A stretch of 64,000 nucleotides of DNA from Lama glama (taxonomy: Eukaryota), in NCBI GenBank assembly GCA_028534125.1, contig CM052817.1, positions 95,420,001-95,484,000 on the forward strand, in the 5' to 3' direction. Below, piece by piece: positions 1 through 14,099 of the stretch. Positions within the stretch are counted from its first letter, which is position 1; each line of letters begins with the position of its first letter. The notes under the pieces were generated by a model that worked only from the letters and a program-made list of their open reading frames with translations, did no database searches and was not told the DNA's origin. A program made the translations under genes and the position numbers.

Positions 1-834
1 ACCTAAATTCGTTTTTCAAGTCTTTGGAACCAAAGGGCCTTTATGTATGGCTGGGTAGCAGCCAGCTTATTTGCCATTATGTCTGTGTGGGCGGACATAG
101 GCACCAGCCTGGCAGCTTTGTTATCGGAACTCTCTTGTGTGGTTTTTAAAGAAAAAAAAGTAAGCCTGTCCACTAACATTGGGCAGATCACAACCTTGTC
201 AGCCTTAGTCTGGTCACTAGACTGCTCAACACGGATGACTTGATGAGAGAATTTTAAACAATACTTCAGAATCTTGAAAAAGTTCACACATCTAGAGGGT
301 GTACATGGATGCTCTCCAGAACTCAGCCCCTCTTTCCAATTTTAGCTGTTTCTTTTTCATTCCTTTTCCTGTGTCTTGGTAACGCAGAAAAAGTGAGCCC
401 AGTACCAGAATCACAAATGCCTCCTGAAGTGTTCTTAGTTTGGTTTCCCTGTTAACTGGAAAAGGGATTTTATTTATTTATTTATTTTAACAGAAAGAGA
501 TGCATAAGTACTTTGAAAAGCAGAGGTATACATCACTAATGATAAGCAACAGTCTGACTTTTTTTCCTCGTGGGGGGTCAGGAAAAGACAGGAAAATGCT
601 TCCTCCTTTTCAAGACATACAGCAATTATTAGAGATATTCAAGCGGGTTGAGGGAGGTGTAGTGAAATTACCTAGAAGGCTTTTTTTTCCCTTACCCCCA
701 GAATATATCTGAAAAGGTGATGTAACACCAGCTCAGGGTTTGTTTTTTGTTTGTTTTTTAAATCTGAGTTAGAACTCCTAGAGTACAGGAATAACACAAC
801 ACAGCCTGATTTTATTTATTTTTTAAAATAGCTT

Positions 835-1309
835 TTTATTTTTTAAGCAATGTTAAGTTTACAGATAAATTGGATAGTTCAAAGACTTCCCATAGCCTCC
901 CTCCCCCTGCACAGAGTTTCCTTGATTATTAACGCCTTGCATTAGTGTGGGACATCATTATAATCAACGAGCCAGTCAATATTGATACATTACTATTAAC
1001 CAAAGTCCATCGTTGACAGTAGGATTCACTCTTGGTGTTACCCATTCTATGGGTTTTTGACAAATGTGTGGTGACATGCAGTCACCATTATAGTGTCATA
1101 CAGAATAAGTTCACTGCCCTAAAAATTCTCTGTGCTCCACCTGTTCATTCCTTTCTCCCCCTGAGTCCCTGGCAACCACTGATCTTCACTGTCTCCATAG
1201 TTTGCTTTTTCCAGAATCTCATAGACTTGGGAACATACAATAAGAAGCCTTTGCAGTTGACTTCTTTCCCTTAGTGACATACATTTAAGGTTCCTCTGTG
1301 TCTCTTCAT
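835..1309 (-). mobile_element. Old L1 3' end (L1MC/L1MD-like)
   Basis: T-rich tail, then the typical antisense L1M 3' UTR text (attgatacattactattaaccaaagtccat...cctggcaaccactgatctt...ttccagaat). Confidence 0.75.
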
Positions 1310-1360
1310 AAATCTAGAATATGAAAACCAATGTATGGTGACAGGAAGCAGATCAGTAGC

Positions 1361-1860
1361 NNNNNNNNNNNNNNNNNNNNNNNNNNNNNNNNNNNNNNNN
1401 NNNNNNNNNNNNNNNNNNNNNNNNNNNNNNNNNNNNNNNNNNNNNNNNNNNNNNNNNNNNNNNNNNNNNNNNNNNNNNNNNNNNNNNNNNNNNNNNNNNN
1501 NNNNNNNNNNNNNNNNNNNNNNNNNNNNNNNNNNNNNNNNNNNNNNNNNNNNNNNNNNNNNNNNNNNNNNNNNNNNNNNNNNNNNNNNNNNNNNNNNNNN
1601 NNNNNNNNNNNNNNNNNNNNNNNNNNNNNNNNNNNNNNNNNNNNNNNNNNNNNNNNNNNNNNNNNNNNNNNNNNNNNNNNNNNNNNNNNNNNNNNNNNNN
1701 NNNNNNNNNNNNNNNNNNNNNNNNNNNNNNNNNNNNNNNNNNNNNNNNNNNNNNNNNNNNNNNNNNNNNNNNNNNNNNNNNNNNNNNNNNNNNNNNNNNN
1801 NNNNNNNNNNNNNNNNNNNNNNNNNNNNNNNNNNNNNNNNNNNNNNNNNNNNNNNNNNNN
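1361..1860. other. Assembly gap (500 N)
   Basis: Run of exactly 500 N, flanked by L1-like sequence on both sides. Confidence 1.
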
Positions 1861-4800
1861 ACTTATATCAGTAAAAATGAGAGAAGAAAAATTTAAATTC
1901 CCAATCAGGAGGCTAGGGGAAAAACATCAAAGTAAGCCAGAAAAGTATAAGGAAAAAGATAATAGAGATTAAAGCAAAAAATAATGAGATAGTAAAAAGT
2001 CAGATCAAATTAACAAATCCAAATCCTACTTTTAAAAAACAAATAAAAGCAAACAAAATAAAACAGAAAACCCTAGAGTTAGTTTAATAAAGGAAAAAAA
2101 GGTGTTACAAGAAGAAAGCACAAGTATAAAAAATAAGAAATGAGAGAAACAGCTATTGATACAGAGAATAGAAAATTTTATTTTAAGATTACTTTGCATT
2201 CCTTTATGCCAGTAAACTTGAAAACCTAGATGAAATGGGTAATTTTCTAGGAGGAAATACAATTTACCAAAATACCCTCTGTAGACTTAAGAAGCTTAAA
2301 TGTATTTACATAGGACAAAGTTTCAAGGAACTACTCCTCAGGAAAGCACTAATCCCAGAGTTTAAGAGGGGGGTGGCCTACCAGGCATTTAGAAACATGA
2401 ACTATTTCTGAGCACACGAGCACTTATGAAGCAAGTGTAACACTGACACCGAACCCTGCTAGAGGTAGCACACTCAAAGAAACTTACAGACCAGTGTCAC
2501 TGAATGGATGTTAATGCAAAGATCCGAAACAAAAATTAGTTATTAGACTTTAACACCCCATTTTAAGGAAATAATACATCGTGACCAAGCAGGGTTTTTA
2601 ATGCCAGGAATGCAAAGATAATTTACATTAATAGGTGTAAAAAGAAAAATCATAATATCTTTAGAAATCCTGAAAAATTCTCTGACGAGATTTGAACACC
2701 TATTCCTAATAAAACCTCTTAACCATAGGAATGGGTACATATACATCAGTCCTAAAGTCAGCATCCTACTTAATAGGGAAATGCTAGAGGCATTCTCACC
2801 AAGGTCAAGAAGAAGTCATGGAAGTTCACTGTCTCTACTACTTCTTACGTTGTATTGGTGCTGTTGACCAGTGCAATTAGTCAAGAGGAAACAACTGGAA
2901 AGGAAAACATAAAATTATCTTTTTGTTGGAAACATGACCATTTGCTGGAGAACTAACTTCATAATGAGTCAATGACAAAAATAACTCAGAAAACAAAAGA
3001 ATTCAGCCAGGAAGTAGTATATAAGATATCATGGAAATACCAATAACCATATGTATAAATAATTACCAGTTAGAAGATACAATGGAAGCGAAAGTTCCAT
3101 TTAAAATAGCAACAGAAAAGATAAGATTCTTCATAAATTAAATAAGAAATGTTTAAGACCTAATGCATGCTTATAGATAGAATTGTGTCCCCCCCCCCAA
3201 CTTATATATTGAAGCCCTAATCGTAAATACTTAAGAATGTGATTGTATTTGGAGATAGGGCCTTTAAAAAGTTAAAATGAGGCCATTGGGGTGGGCCCCA
3301 AACTGTTTGGTGTCCTTGTAAAAAGAGGAGATTGATACATACAGAGAGACACCAGGGAAATAAGCCATGGGAGGACACAGCAAGAAAGTGGCCGTATGTC
3401 CGCAAGCCAGGAAGAGAGGGCTCAGGAGAAACCAACCTGCCAATGCCTTGATCTCAGACTTCCGGCCACTAGAACTTTGAGTAAATAAATTTCTGTTGGT
3501 TAAGCCGCCCAGTCAGTGGTATTTTGTCACGGGCAGGCTGAGCACACTAATAGACAGCAGCTATGGAACAGCCCTGAAAGACGCAGAAGTAGACTTGAAC
3601 AGACCTTCCCAGGTGTTGGATAGAGTACTTCAACATCGTCAAGCTATTAATTCTTACTAAGTTAATGTATAAATATAATGTGATCCCAATAAAAGTGCCA
3701 ATAATTTTTTTTTCTGAAGGTCTACAAGGCAGTAACAAAAGTTCATGTGGAAAAGTAAGCACACAAGCAAGACACTGAAAAAAAACTGTGAGAGGGGACT
3801 AGCCCTGCAGATACTAACACTTACTGTGAAGTCTCTGTAATTAAGACAGTGGTACTGGGGCGCAGACTAGAGTGGAATGGGGTGGAATGTCTGGAAACAG
3901 ACCCTAACATATATGGAAGTTTACGAGAAGGGTAGTATCTCCAATCACTAGGGCAGAGATGGGCTTTTTAATAAACAGTATTGGGGCAACTGGCTAACCA
4001 TTTGGAGAAAGATAAAATGAGATCTGTTTCTCCTGCCGTAAATAAACTGAACTCCAAATGGATCTGAGATTTAAATAAATTATGAAACTGTACATGCACG
4101 GGAAGAATGCATGGATGAATTCCTCCTTGCAATCTGGTTTTAAAAGAAGGCTTTCTCTGACTTAAAATCCATATGCAATTATTGATAAACTTGACTACTG
4201 AAAAATAAGAAATAAACTTTCACATAAGCAAAGTCAAAAGACAAATTAACAGATTGTGATAAAATATTTGTAACATTACATATCATTGGCTGATGTCGCT
4301 AATATATCTATTCTTGTCAAAATTGGGTAAGTCCAAAAATGGGCAAAAGGCATGAGACAATTCACCAAAAGTAAAATTATGTCTTCTGAAATCCACACAA
4401 AGATGATCCAACTTTCACTATAATAGAAGTGTATATGAAAATTGCACCAAAATCCCTACCATTTCTCACCCATCAGATTGTCCAAAAAAATTTAAAAACT
4501 TGGCAAAATAGTCTGTTCTGGAGGCAGTGGAGAAAAAGCCACTCATTTGTTGCTGGTGCCATGCAACCCCTGTGAAGGGGTACTTGACAGTAACAAAATT
4601 CTACCTGCATTTACCCTTTCACCCAGTATTTCCACTTCTAGGAATTTACCCTGAAGGTACACCTTTAACAGTACTACAGTATATGCTCGGGGTTATTCAT
4701 TGCATATGTAATAATTAAGTATTTGTAAACTGCCCAAATGCCCAGACATTGTAGACTGGTTGCATAAACTGCGGTGCTAGTAGCTGTGAAAACAAATAAG

Positions 4801-5160
4801 GAAGATCTCAGTAAGCTAATATGAAGTTAATTCTGGGTTGTAGTGAAAAAAGCCATGTGCAAAAGGCTGTTTAGTAGGCTGCCTTTCTTTCTAGTAATGA
4901 AGATGAAATTGGAAAGCGCACAGTTATCTGCTTAATTTCTTCAAGAAGAAACACAGGAAGGATAAACCAGAAAACAATGAAATTGATTATACTCTGAGGA
5001 AGATAGGGGTACTGAGTGAATCAGTTGTAATGTATACATACGACGAGACACACACAACAGTGGATGAATTTCACAGACATGATGTTGAACTGAAGAAACC
5101 AGGCACAAAAACGTGTACGATCCCATTTATGTGAAGATTTGTGTGTTTTATTATAGATGT
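1861..5160 (+). mobile_element. Decayed L1M (L1ME/MC-like) ORF2 and 3' UTR remnant, interrupted by an MLT1B LTR
   Basis: A-rich sequence with collinear L1 ORF2 motifs (aaacttgaaaacctagatgaaatgg, gaccaagcagggtttttaatgccaggaatgcaaag, ttcacccagtatttccacttctaggaatttaccctg); no open frame. Confidence 0.75.
3168..3554 (+). mobile_element. MaLR solo LTR, MLT1B-like
   Basis: Matches recalled MLT1B consensus end to end: gaattgtgtcccccc...gtatttggagatagggcctttaaa...gccttgatctcagacttcc...aaataaatttctgttg...ctaata. Confidence 0.85.
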
Positions 5161-7220
5161 GTGATACCTCAGCACCCTTTTGACGTTCATTAAAATAGAC
5201 CTGTACCTATATCAGCAGTGGCCAAACCTTCTCATCTGAATAATCAGAGGGCAGGAGAAAGGTCTTGGTCTTCTCGAGTTCCTCTGGAGAGTGCTGTTGG
5301 TGGTCACTTTGCAGGTCACGCACAAAAGCTGACTGATCTCACCCATGGCGTTCACTAAGGGCAGCCCAGTGCTTTAGGGCCAGACCACTGCACATCAGTC
5401 AGCAGTTACACAGGAGCCCGTGTAAAGCGTGCCAACTGGAGATGCAGAAATACTTTGTTTTCTGCTGCTTCTGTCATCTGCAGGCAGTGGGAAAAAGTCC
5501 AGTCGCTACAACAGGGGCTCCAGTAAGGGGAGGGGGAGGGAAAGAGACAGAGGAGAGAGATGGAGAGTTTAAGTTGCTGTCTGATTTAAGTTGCTGTCTG
5601 GCGCTGCAGTTGGTGGGAGGGGTTTAGAGGCCAATGTTTTCCACCTTTTAAAGGAGGAATCAGAATGGAGGCATTAGCTTGATGACCATAAAAGGCAAGT
5701 TGGAAAGTGGTAACTCAAACTGCAGCAGCTAAAAGAATAAGAGAATGTTTGATTACATAGGTAATTTAAAGATGTTGTGCTATTTCAGAGCACATTTTTT
5801 TTTTTTTTGAATATAGATTTCTTTTGGTGTTGGGGGGAGCCTTTGTGACGATTAGGAACGTTTCCTTTAACAAAACAAAGTAGCTTACATTTCCAGTGAC
5901 TGTGGAAAGGTAGAAGGAGGAATTACGCTTTTGATGACTTGATATGGACAGAGTCCATCACTGTGAAAAAGAAAAAAATGTTTGTTACCCTAAAAAGATT
6001 TGTTTCTAAGGGATCCATCCAGTAGGGAAATCAGCAAATCTGACTGCTACAGGATTATGTAGAAATTTCCGATTTTAATACCTTCAAAAACCTATTTTTA
6101 CTTAAGGGAAACGATTTTCAGCTCATGAATTAGTGATAATCCAAGTGTTAAGGGCACTTTTTCCTATAGAAATGATATAAGTCATGGATGGATTCCCTGG
6201 AAAGCCCTCAAAAATCTACTTAATTCCTGATGCCACTAAATATGGTTTCTTTGGGAAAATACATTCTGAGTCCTAACTCCTAACAGCAACAGATTTTAAA
6301 TCTCCTCTTCTCGCCTCCCATGCAGTTTACCAAATGGGTTGTTTTCCTCCTTCCAGCCAAGGCTGCAAGAGCTGTAGGGATTCCGAGGACCTTTATTATT
6401 GGAGGGTGGGGGGATGAATCTGGTGACCCTGGCAAGGAGCTTAAGCTCCAACCCTGGTGGCCAGTCCTTCCCTTCAGCTGTCATTGCATTTGTAGTGGTT
6501 TTGCTTCTGGTGGTTTCTGGAGGTTGAGGACCATGCAAATTACTAACTCCTTAGGTTCGTAACAGGCGGAGCTTTTAGGAATGGCTTGACTTGTTTATTT
6601 CCTGCGCATACATTTCTTGGCCATTATACCTTGAGTGTTCAGTTAGCAAAATGTGGATGACATGACCTGTTTCTTCCTCTATCAGTTTGTGATCAGGACT
6701 ACTGAGAAGTGGGTAAATACAGTAAGATCAACAGAGAAAAAAATAAAATGTGACTACTAAGACACAACATGGGAAGTCTGTCCCACGAAACGTCGTATTT
6801 TGTCTAATTAACGGTCTTTGCTGGCATCTGAATTTTATACTACTCACTGTATTTGCCGTCTCAGCTTTATTTACTTCCTTTGGTTTAAAGTGAGCTAATG
6901 TGTCCATTTAAAACATTCACGATAGATAATTCATATCATTCAATAAATATTACTAACTCTTAAATGTAAAATCTTATCAGCCAGGGATATAAACTGGAAT
7001 TGTCAATGGTGATATATGTTTAGTTGTGCTTTGCTCTTCAGTGAATGAAAACAATTAAGAATGGGGAACCTTAACATTTTCAACCTGAAAGAAGACATTT
7101 TGCAGGCTTTCCTTGGACAGCATGTCCGTGGCGCAGGCCTGAGGCATATGCCATCAGTGATTCTAAGGAGACTGGTTTGTACTGCATTTGTTCCTGGGTG
7201 GAAAATGGCTTTTCATTTGA

Positions 7221-7766
<546 letters not shown>

Positions 7767-10012
7767 TGAAAGGAGACCTCGCGGCCAAGTACGCCAGTGT
7801 TGTGTTTTCTTTGTCCGGCACAGATGCTTGAATACGTTTTCATTTCTTATTTTGAAAGGTTTTGAAACAGCTGCATCCTGGGAGTGGCGTAGTTAACTGT
7901 TAGCAGCCTTTGCTCTTGATAAAAAAGAGAGAGCATGCTGCATGCATTTGCTGTTTTCACGCGAGGAGAAAACCCTGTATAAACACAACCTCAGAAAAGA
8001 CATTTCCTGGGGGATCCCACCCCACCCACCACTTAATTAAATTTGTTTGAGTGGTGATGTAATCCCAAGAAACATATACTTTAACAACAAAGCGATTGCA
8101 ACAGAAGCACTAGAAACCATCTGCTTATTTAACTTAGCAAAGACAAAACACCATTATCCTTCCTTTTTAGACTTCTCTGATGGTGTAATGTTTGTCAAAT
8201 TAAATGATTAATTAGGACCTCATGTTTTTCAAGTTATAGGTTAATAAGCAAGTACTTCAGAACAAAAAATGATTAGGTCGTGCCAGTAGACCTCACGAAG
8301 GGTACTCTTAAGCAAATACACTCGACATCTGTTAACATTTCAAGAAGGAAAATGAGTGGGTTGCCGTGTTCATTGGGCCACTTGAAGTGTTTTTAAGCAA
8401 ATTTGAATTCGACAGCAGAGCTGGTGTGTCCTCATTGAAAAGTCGTACACGCTTGATATTACCATCTTTTTTTGTACATTTATTGCTTTTTAAAAATGTT
8501 AAGCCTGTTTATTTTGCATTGTTTTCTTTGCTTTTCAATCCTAAACTATTTAAGGTGAGGGTAGGAGATAGATTAAAAGTCCGATTAATATCATCTGGTG
8601 ATTTCCCATCCAGCCACTCCACCCCCTCTGGAGCCCATTGGCTCCGATGAACAAGTTGGTGGCAAGGAGATTGTTTCAGAAGGCTTTGGGGCAGTGGCAG
8701 ACCTTGAGTGGGCCCAAGAATGAAAAAACTGAAGATTATCGCTTGAAATTATACTGTGTCCCCGGCTGTCGGAGATTAAGGCACAGGCCAAACAGAGGGA
8801 ATACGGAGACGAGAAAGCGAAAGGGGAGGGAGGAGGACCTTGTGGAGCATCGTCGGTGGTGTCTGGTCCCTCCCAGTGGTGCTGGTGCCATGGGGTGTTG
8901 GTGACTTTTTCACCAGCTTGTTTGCAGAAATTTACTGGGTTTGGTCTCAGACGAGTCTCTTTGTCTTCATTCCTGGTTGGAAATAAAGAGGAGGCAGTGT
9001 TACAGCTGCAGGGAAGAAGCTGAATTAAAAGAAGCTGGAGAAGGGGTGGAAAAGGCATCCAGACCGGGTCCCCATAGTCCTGACTTCGTGCTCTGAGGCC
9101 TGGCCAGCAGCTGGATCCTGGGTGTTAGCAGGTTGTGGTTCAGCTGTAGTCAGTCTGGGAAATCGCGAAGAAACTCTGGAAGAACAGTGTTAGCTATTTG
9201 TATGCGATGGTTGCCCTGAGTGGTCTAGAGTACATCCTACTTATTGGTGGTTCCTTAAGGTGAAACTTTGTTCCCTGCTCTGTGGTTTCTGCTACGTGGT
9301 ACTAGACGGGCTCACCATATCCCAGGAGGAATTCGTTTTCCATCGCAAAGGATGGTTCCTGGGAAAGCCATACCCTTTCTTTTAAGAAAGCTCAGGACTT
9401 GTGTTAGTGTTCTTTGTTTCAAAAATCACACTATTTGCCTCTTACTTGGCATCTGGCTGTGAGCTCTCCAGAAGAAACATATGCAAATTCTGAAATAGAA
9501 GATAATTGTGATAAACTGATTCATTTCCTATTATGCTGCTACTAGGGATTTTGAAACTAGTGACTATTTAAGGGAGCAGGGAGAAGGTAGTCCTCTGACT
9601 TCTTGAAGTCATAGGAAACTAACAGTTGCAGCCAGGAAGTTGGCCGTAACGGGTCTTAGTTGGTAAATCCCTGAGCGCCTATAGATTTAATGCGAGAGAC
9701 CCTGAAGCCCATTTTCTTAAGTCCTGGGTGGCTTTCAACTGTTTTCCACCTACCGGGGTAACAACGAAATGCAGAGGTCCTTTCCAAGTGGATTGTGTGA
9801 AGGCACGTTTGGATGCCCTTCTGATTGTTTGTAAATGGCATGACCCTGGGTGGGCAGACAAGTTCTGGAACTGGCATGTAGTGCTTTCCTACCACTGCAT
9901 TTCCACTACAATTGTATAAGATCATGAGATGGTAGTAACTTTCCAAAAATGTACACCAAGTCCAGTGTCTTTAGCATCCCATCTTCTGATGAGGAAGTTG
10001 AAACAAGTTTAA

Positions 10013-10243
<231 letters not shown>

Positions 10244-10509
10244 TGATTCCCTTTTTAGAGCTGAAAGTTTATCTGTCCAAGTATTACTTTTTCTCATAGA
10301 TTTTTATTAGTCTTTATTAGATCGCTATTTTAGTAAAAGCACAATGAGAGGAGCTGGACAGAAAGAATTCTTTGGGTTTCAGATGAGCCTTTTATAGGGA
10401 GAACAAACACACTGACGTAACCAGCGAAGACCTGGGTGTAACTGTGCAGTCATCTGTTTAGAGCATCAGTGCTTAACAAGTTTGGATTGATGATAAAAGA
10501 ATATTTTTA

Positions 10510-10740
10510 GGGGATGGACAGGGATAAATTGGCAGTTTGGAATTTGCAGATACTAACTATATATATAAAATGGATAAACAGCAAGGTCCTACTGTACAGC
10601 ACAGGGAACTATATTCAATACCTTGTAATGGCCTATAGTGAAAAAGAATATGGAAAGGAATACATATGTATATAACTGAATCACTGTGCTGTATGCCAGA
10701 AATGAGCAGAAATGAATTTTTAAAAATCTTAAAAAAGAAA
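10510..10740 (+). mobile_element. 5'-truncated young L1 3' end with a perfect 15-bp TSD
   Basis: Cetartiodactyl-type L1 tail (gggataaattggcagtttgg...tacagcacagggaactatattcaata) with A tail; AAAAGAATATTTTTA at 10495-10509 and 10741-10755. Confidence 0.9.
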
Positions 10741-11449
10741 AAAAGAATATTTTTAAGTGAAGGCCAAGGGTTATTGAAAAACATCAAACCTAACAAAACT
10801 GAAGGAGCGTTTTCCCTGGTGATTTCCAAAATTAGAAGTTCATGTACCAGGGCTTTCCAGAAGGTTCTTCTGTAGTTGAGAGAGGCACTCCTAAGCCCCG
10901 TCTCTTCTGCAGCCCTCATCTGTGAGTGGCTGCAGCGGAAGCTAATCACATGTGTTTCTCTCGTGCTCTGCGCTTGTTGCTAACCTTGCTGTAAGACGGG
11001 ATTGAGGCACGTGTTCCTCCTCTCCTCACCCTGAAGCGCTCACTTCTCGTCTCCTCTAGTAGAGGTGGGTCTGTGTTACCCTGAGAGAGTGCCTGAGGTG
11101 AGGGGGCCGTCACCCTGCCCTGGCTGCAGGGGCAGGTCCAGCAGGTTCGTGAAGCTGAGAACTCGGGTCAGGAAGTGCTGGGAGAATCCCCGAGTAACTG
11201 TAAGACGTCATGACCACACTGTTGGCTGAAACTGTCCCCAAGGAACGTCCCTTGGAGGGACGTGCCTCACCATGCACTCAGCTAGGGCATAGAGCATGCA
11301 GTTTGTATTCCTTTAACACAAATGGAAGTTAAAATGCAATCAGATTACTAGGTACGTCTTATCTCATCATTCTTATCACTTTTTTGCTGGCGGCACCTCA
11401 GACTCTGTCAGTGTTGGTTATATTTTTAAAATATTTTTATTTTACTTAA

Positions 11450-11581
11450 TTTTTTTTTGCAGGGAGGAGGTAATTAGGTTTATTTATTTATTTGACTTTT
11501 CAGTAGAGGTGCTGGGGATGGAACCCAGGACCTCAGGTATGCTAGGCATGTGCTCTACCACTGAGCCGTACCCTCCTCCCC
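11450..11581 (-). mobile_element. tRNA-derived SINE, Vic-1-like (long-tail form)
   Basis: Reverse complement of GGGTA..GCTCAGTGGTAGAGC...GTCCTGGGTTC.ATCCCCAG...AAATAAATAAACCTAATTACCTCC plus A tail. Confidence 0.88.
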
Positions 11582-12063
11582 GTATTTTTTAAGTTCTTAA
11601 AAGTTGATGATGAACTCAAAGAACCTTCCTTTGACGTGCAGTGTAATGAATTGGAATGCATACCTTTTTAATCTGTAAACATTTTTTATGTCTTTTTTAC
11701 TGGCTCTGTGTTTTATGGTTCCTGAATATTCTCTAGAACATTCTCTCCGACATAGAAATTATGAGCCAACAGATAAAGATGCTGGTTGCAGAAAATAACT
11801 CCTGTCTCACACATCTTTGGAATTTGCATTTGGGGAACAGGCTAGCAGGACAGAATGGGCTAACCAGTTGTGAGCATGTGGACCTGCAGCCGTGGTCATT
11901 AGGCCTAAAATGTCTGATTTCAGGAAATAGACCTTTAAATTGCTTTAAATTTTTTCCTTTAAAAGGCTTAAAAATTTTTGCCCACCAGAATAAGTTTATA
12001 GTTAATATTTTCATGAGTCAGGGCTATTGGCCTTGTTGTTGTATTTTGGAGGTTTTCCTGGAG

Positions 12064-12267
12064 CAGGGGTCAGCAGACTGCAGCCCACCAGCTACTTCAG
12101 CCTGTTTTTGTAAATAAAGCTTTATTGGAACGCAGCTCTGTTCATTCATGACAGATTATCTGTAGCTGCTTTAGCACGGCCAGGGCACAGCTGAGTAGCT
12201 GCAGTCGAGACCGTATGTCCCACAAGACCTTTGTGGCCTTTTACAGAAAAAAAATTACCAGCCTCTG
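12064..12267 (+). mobile_element. hAT-Charlie MITE, MER58A-like
   Basis: Ends CAGGGGTCAGCAGAC and ttaccagcctctg are decayed TIRs; internal gcctgtttttgtaaataaagctttattggaac matches recalled consensus. Confidence 0.85.
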
Positions 12268-13552
12268 ACCCAGATGAATAGTACTGTGAACAGTCCTAAT
12301 ATAGCTGATTAAAGCCTTCTGTTAATGATGGCGCAGCCTTCTTTAAGATCTGGCACTTGTAAATCACTAAAAAAAATCTGCTCTTTGAAATACAGCTGAT
12401 GGACATGGGATGATGCTTAGCAAACAGGGAAGGTGGTAATGTTTTCATCTCACCTGTATAAGTGTAAAAAAAACTAATGTGTGAATTTTTTAAATGATCA
12501 TTTTTTTTACCGAATTCTAAAGCACAGTGCAGCTTACTATTTGTGGCAGTTGATGTTAAGAGCACAGAGGTAATTCTCCCTTAACAGTTACAGTTCATGC
12601 TTACATCCTGGATTTTCTTTCTTTCTTTCTTTCTTTTTTTTTCTTTTTTACGATTGTACACTCCAGGCTTCGTAAACCTCAGATCATTACATATTGGCAT
12701 CCCGGATATGTATGGTTTGTGTTCCTGGAATCTCTAAAGCAGTGGTATAAGAGGTTTTACTCCAGAAGGAACTTATCTTTAGAACCTTTTAGCTGCAAAT
12801 GTTTAGAGGCCTGTTCTATTTGGAGATTTGTTAGTCTTAAGAGATTTGACTTAACAAGCTGCATCCTGTCAGTAAAGTTGGGTAATTTCCATTGTTGGCC
12901 CATTCTGGGAATGGAGAGACAAAACACACCTGCTCTACAGGACTTAAAGCAAATATAAGGAAGTTAGCATGAAATCTGGATGAGAGAGATATGATTCATT
13001 CTTTAAGAATGGCCAGCTGGCAGGATTTCTTCCTGAGTTTGAGGACCCGGAGCAAGGCTGTGGCTGTGATGGTTATTGGAACCTGACGTGAAGTAAAGTA
13101 ACTTCTTAATAATTGGAAACTGATTTTCTTTGCTTTGAAAAGGCATCGGCATCCTAAGGCTTGTCCCAAGTTACCCTTTTTGTGCCAGCACCTTTGGCAT
13201 ACTTCCTGTCGTCTGTTCTCTCCTCACTGGTTTTTTCACTTGCCACTTGCTGCATTTCTCTAGATGGCGATCCAGGGTCAGCGGTGGGGTCATTTCCATG
13301 TTGGCACATAACAGAGCAAGCAGTGCGTTGTGAGCGTTCAGCAGGTGCTGCCAGCGTGCTGGCTGAGCTGGCACCTTGGTGCTCTGATAGTCGTTGGAGA
13401 AAAGGATTTTCCAGTTAGAGGGGAATGTCACACTCAGTGGGGAGTACCTGCTTTCGAGATCCCAAACTGCACACCCGATGAGAGCAGTTTGCTCTTCCCC
13501 ATCTTCATTCCATGACCCTGAGCCAGCTTTACGACACAGTTTCAGTTCTTGA

Positions 13553-13939
<387 letters not shown>

Positions 13940-14099
13940 TAAATATGTTTTCAATTGCATTATCAGGATGGACTTCATTTCCCAACCAGCGATTTTTGTG
14001 GTCTGCTTCCTCATGAAAATTGATACTTATTAGCTGAAATAGTGACTTGCTACTCAGGGGCACTGTTCTAGCGTATGTTTTACTGCAGAATGAAATAGC

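Noticed and set aside
1361..1860. Possibility that the missing MH1 exon hides in the gap
   Set aside because: Both flanks are L1-derived with no CDS or splice remnants; the exon most likely lies upstream of the window. Not strictly excluded.
1331..1972. 213-aa and 179-aa ORFs
   Set aside because: Artefacts of translating through the 500-N gap.
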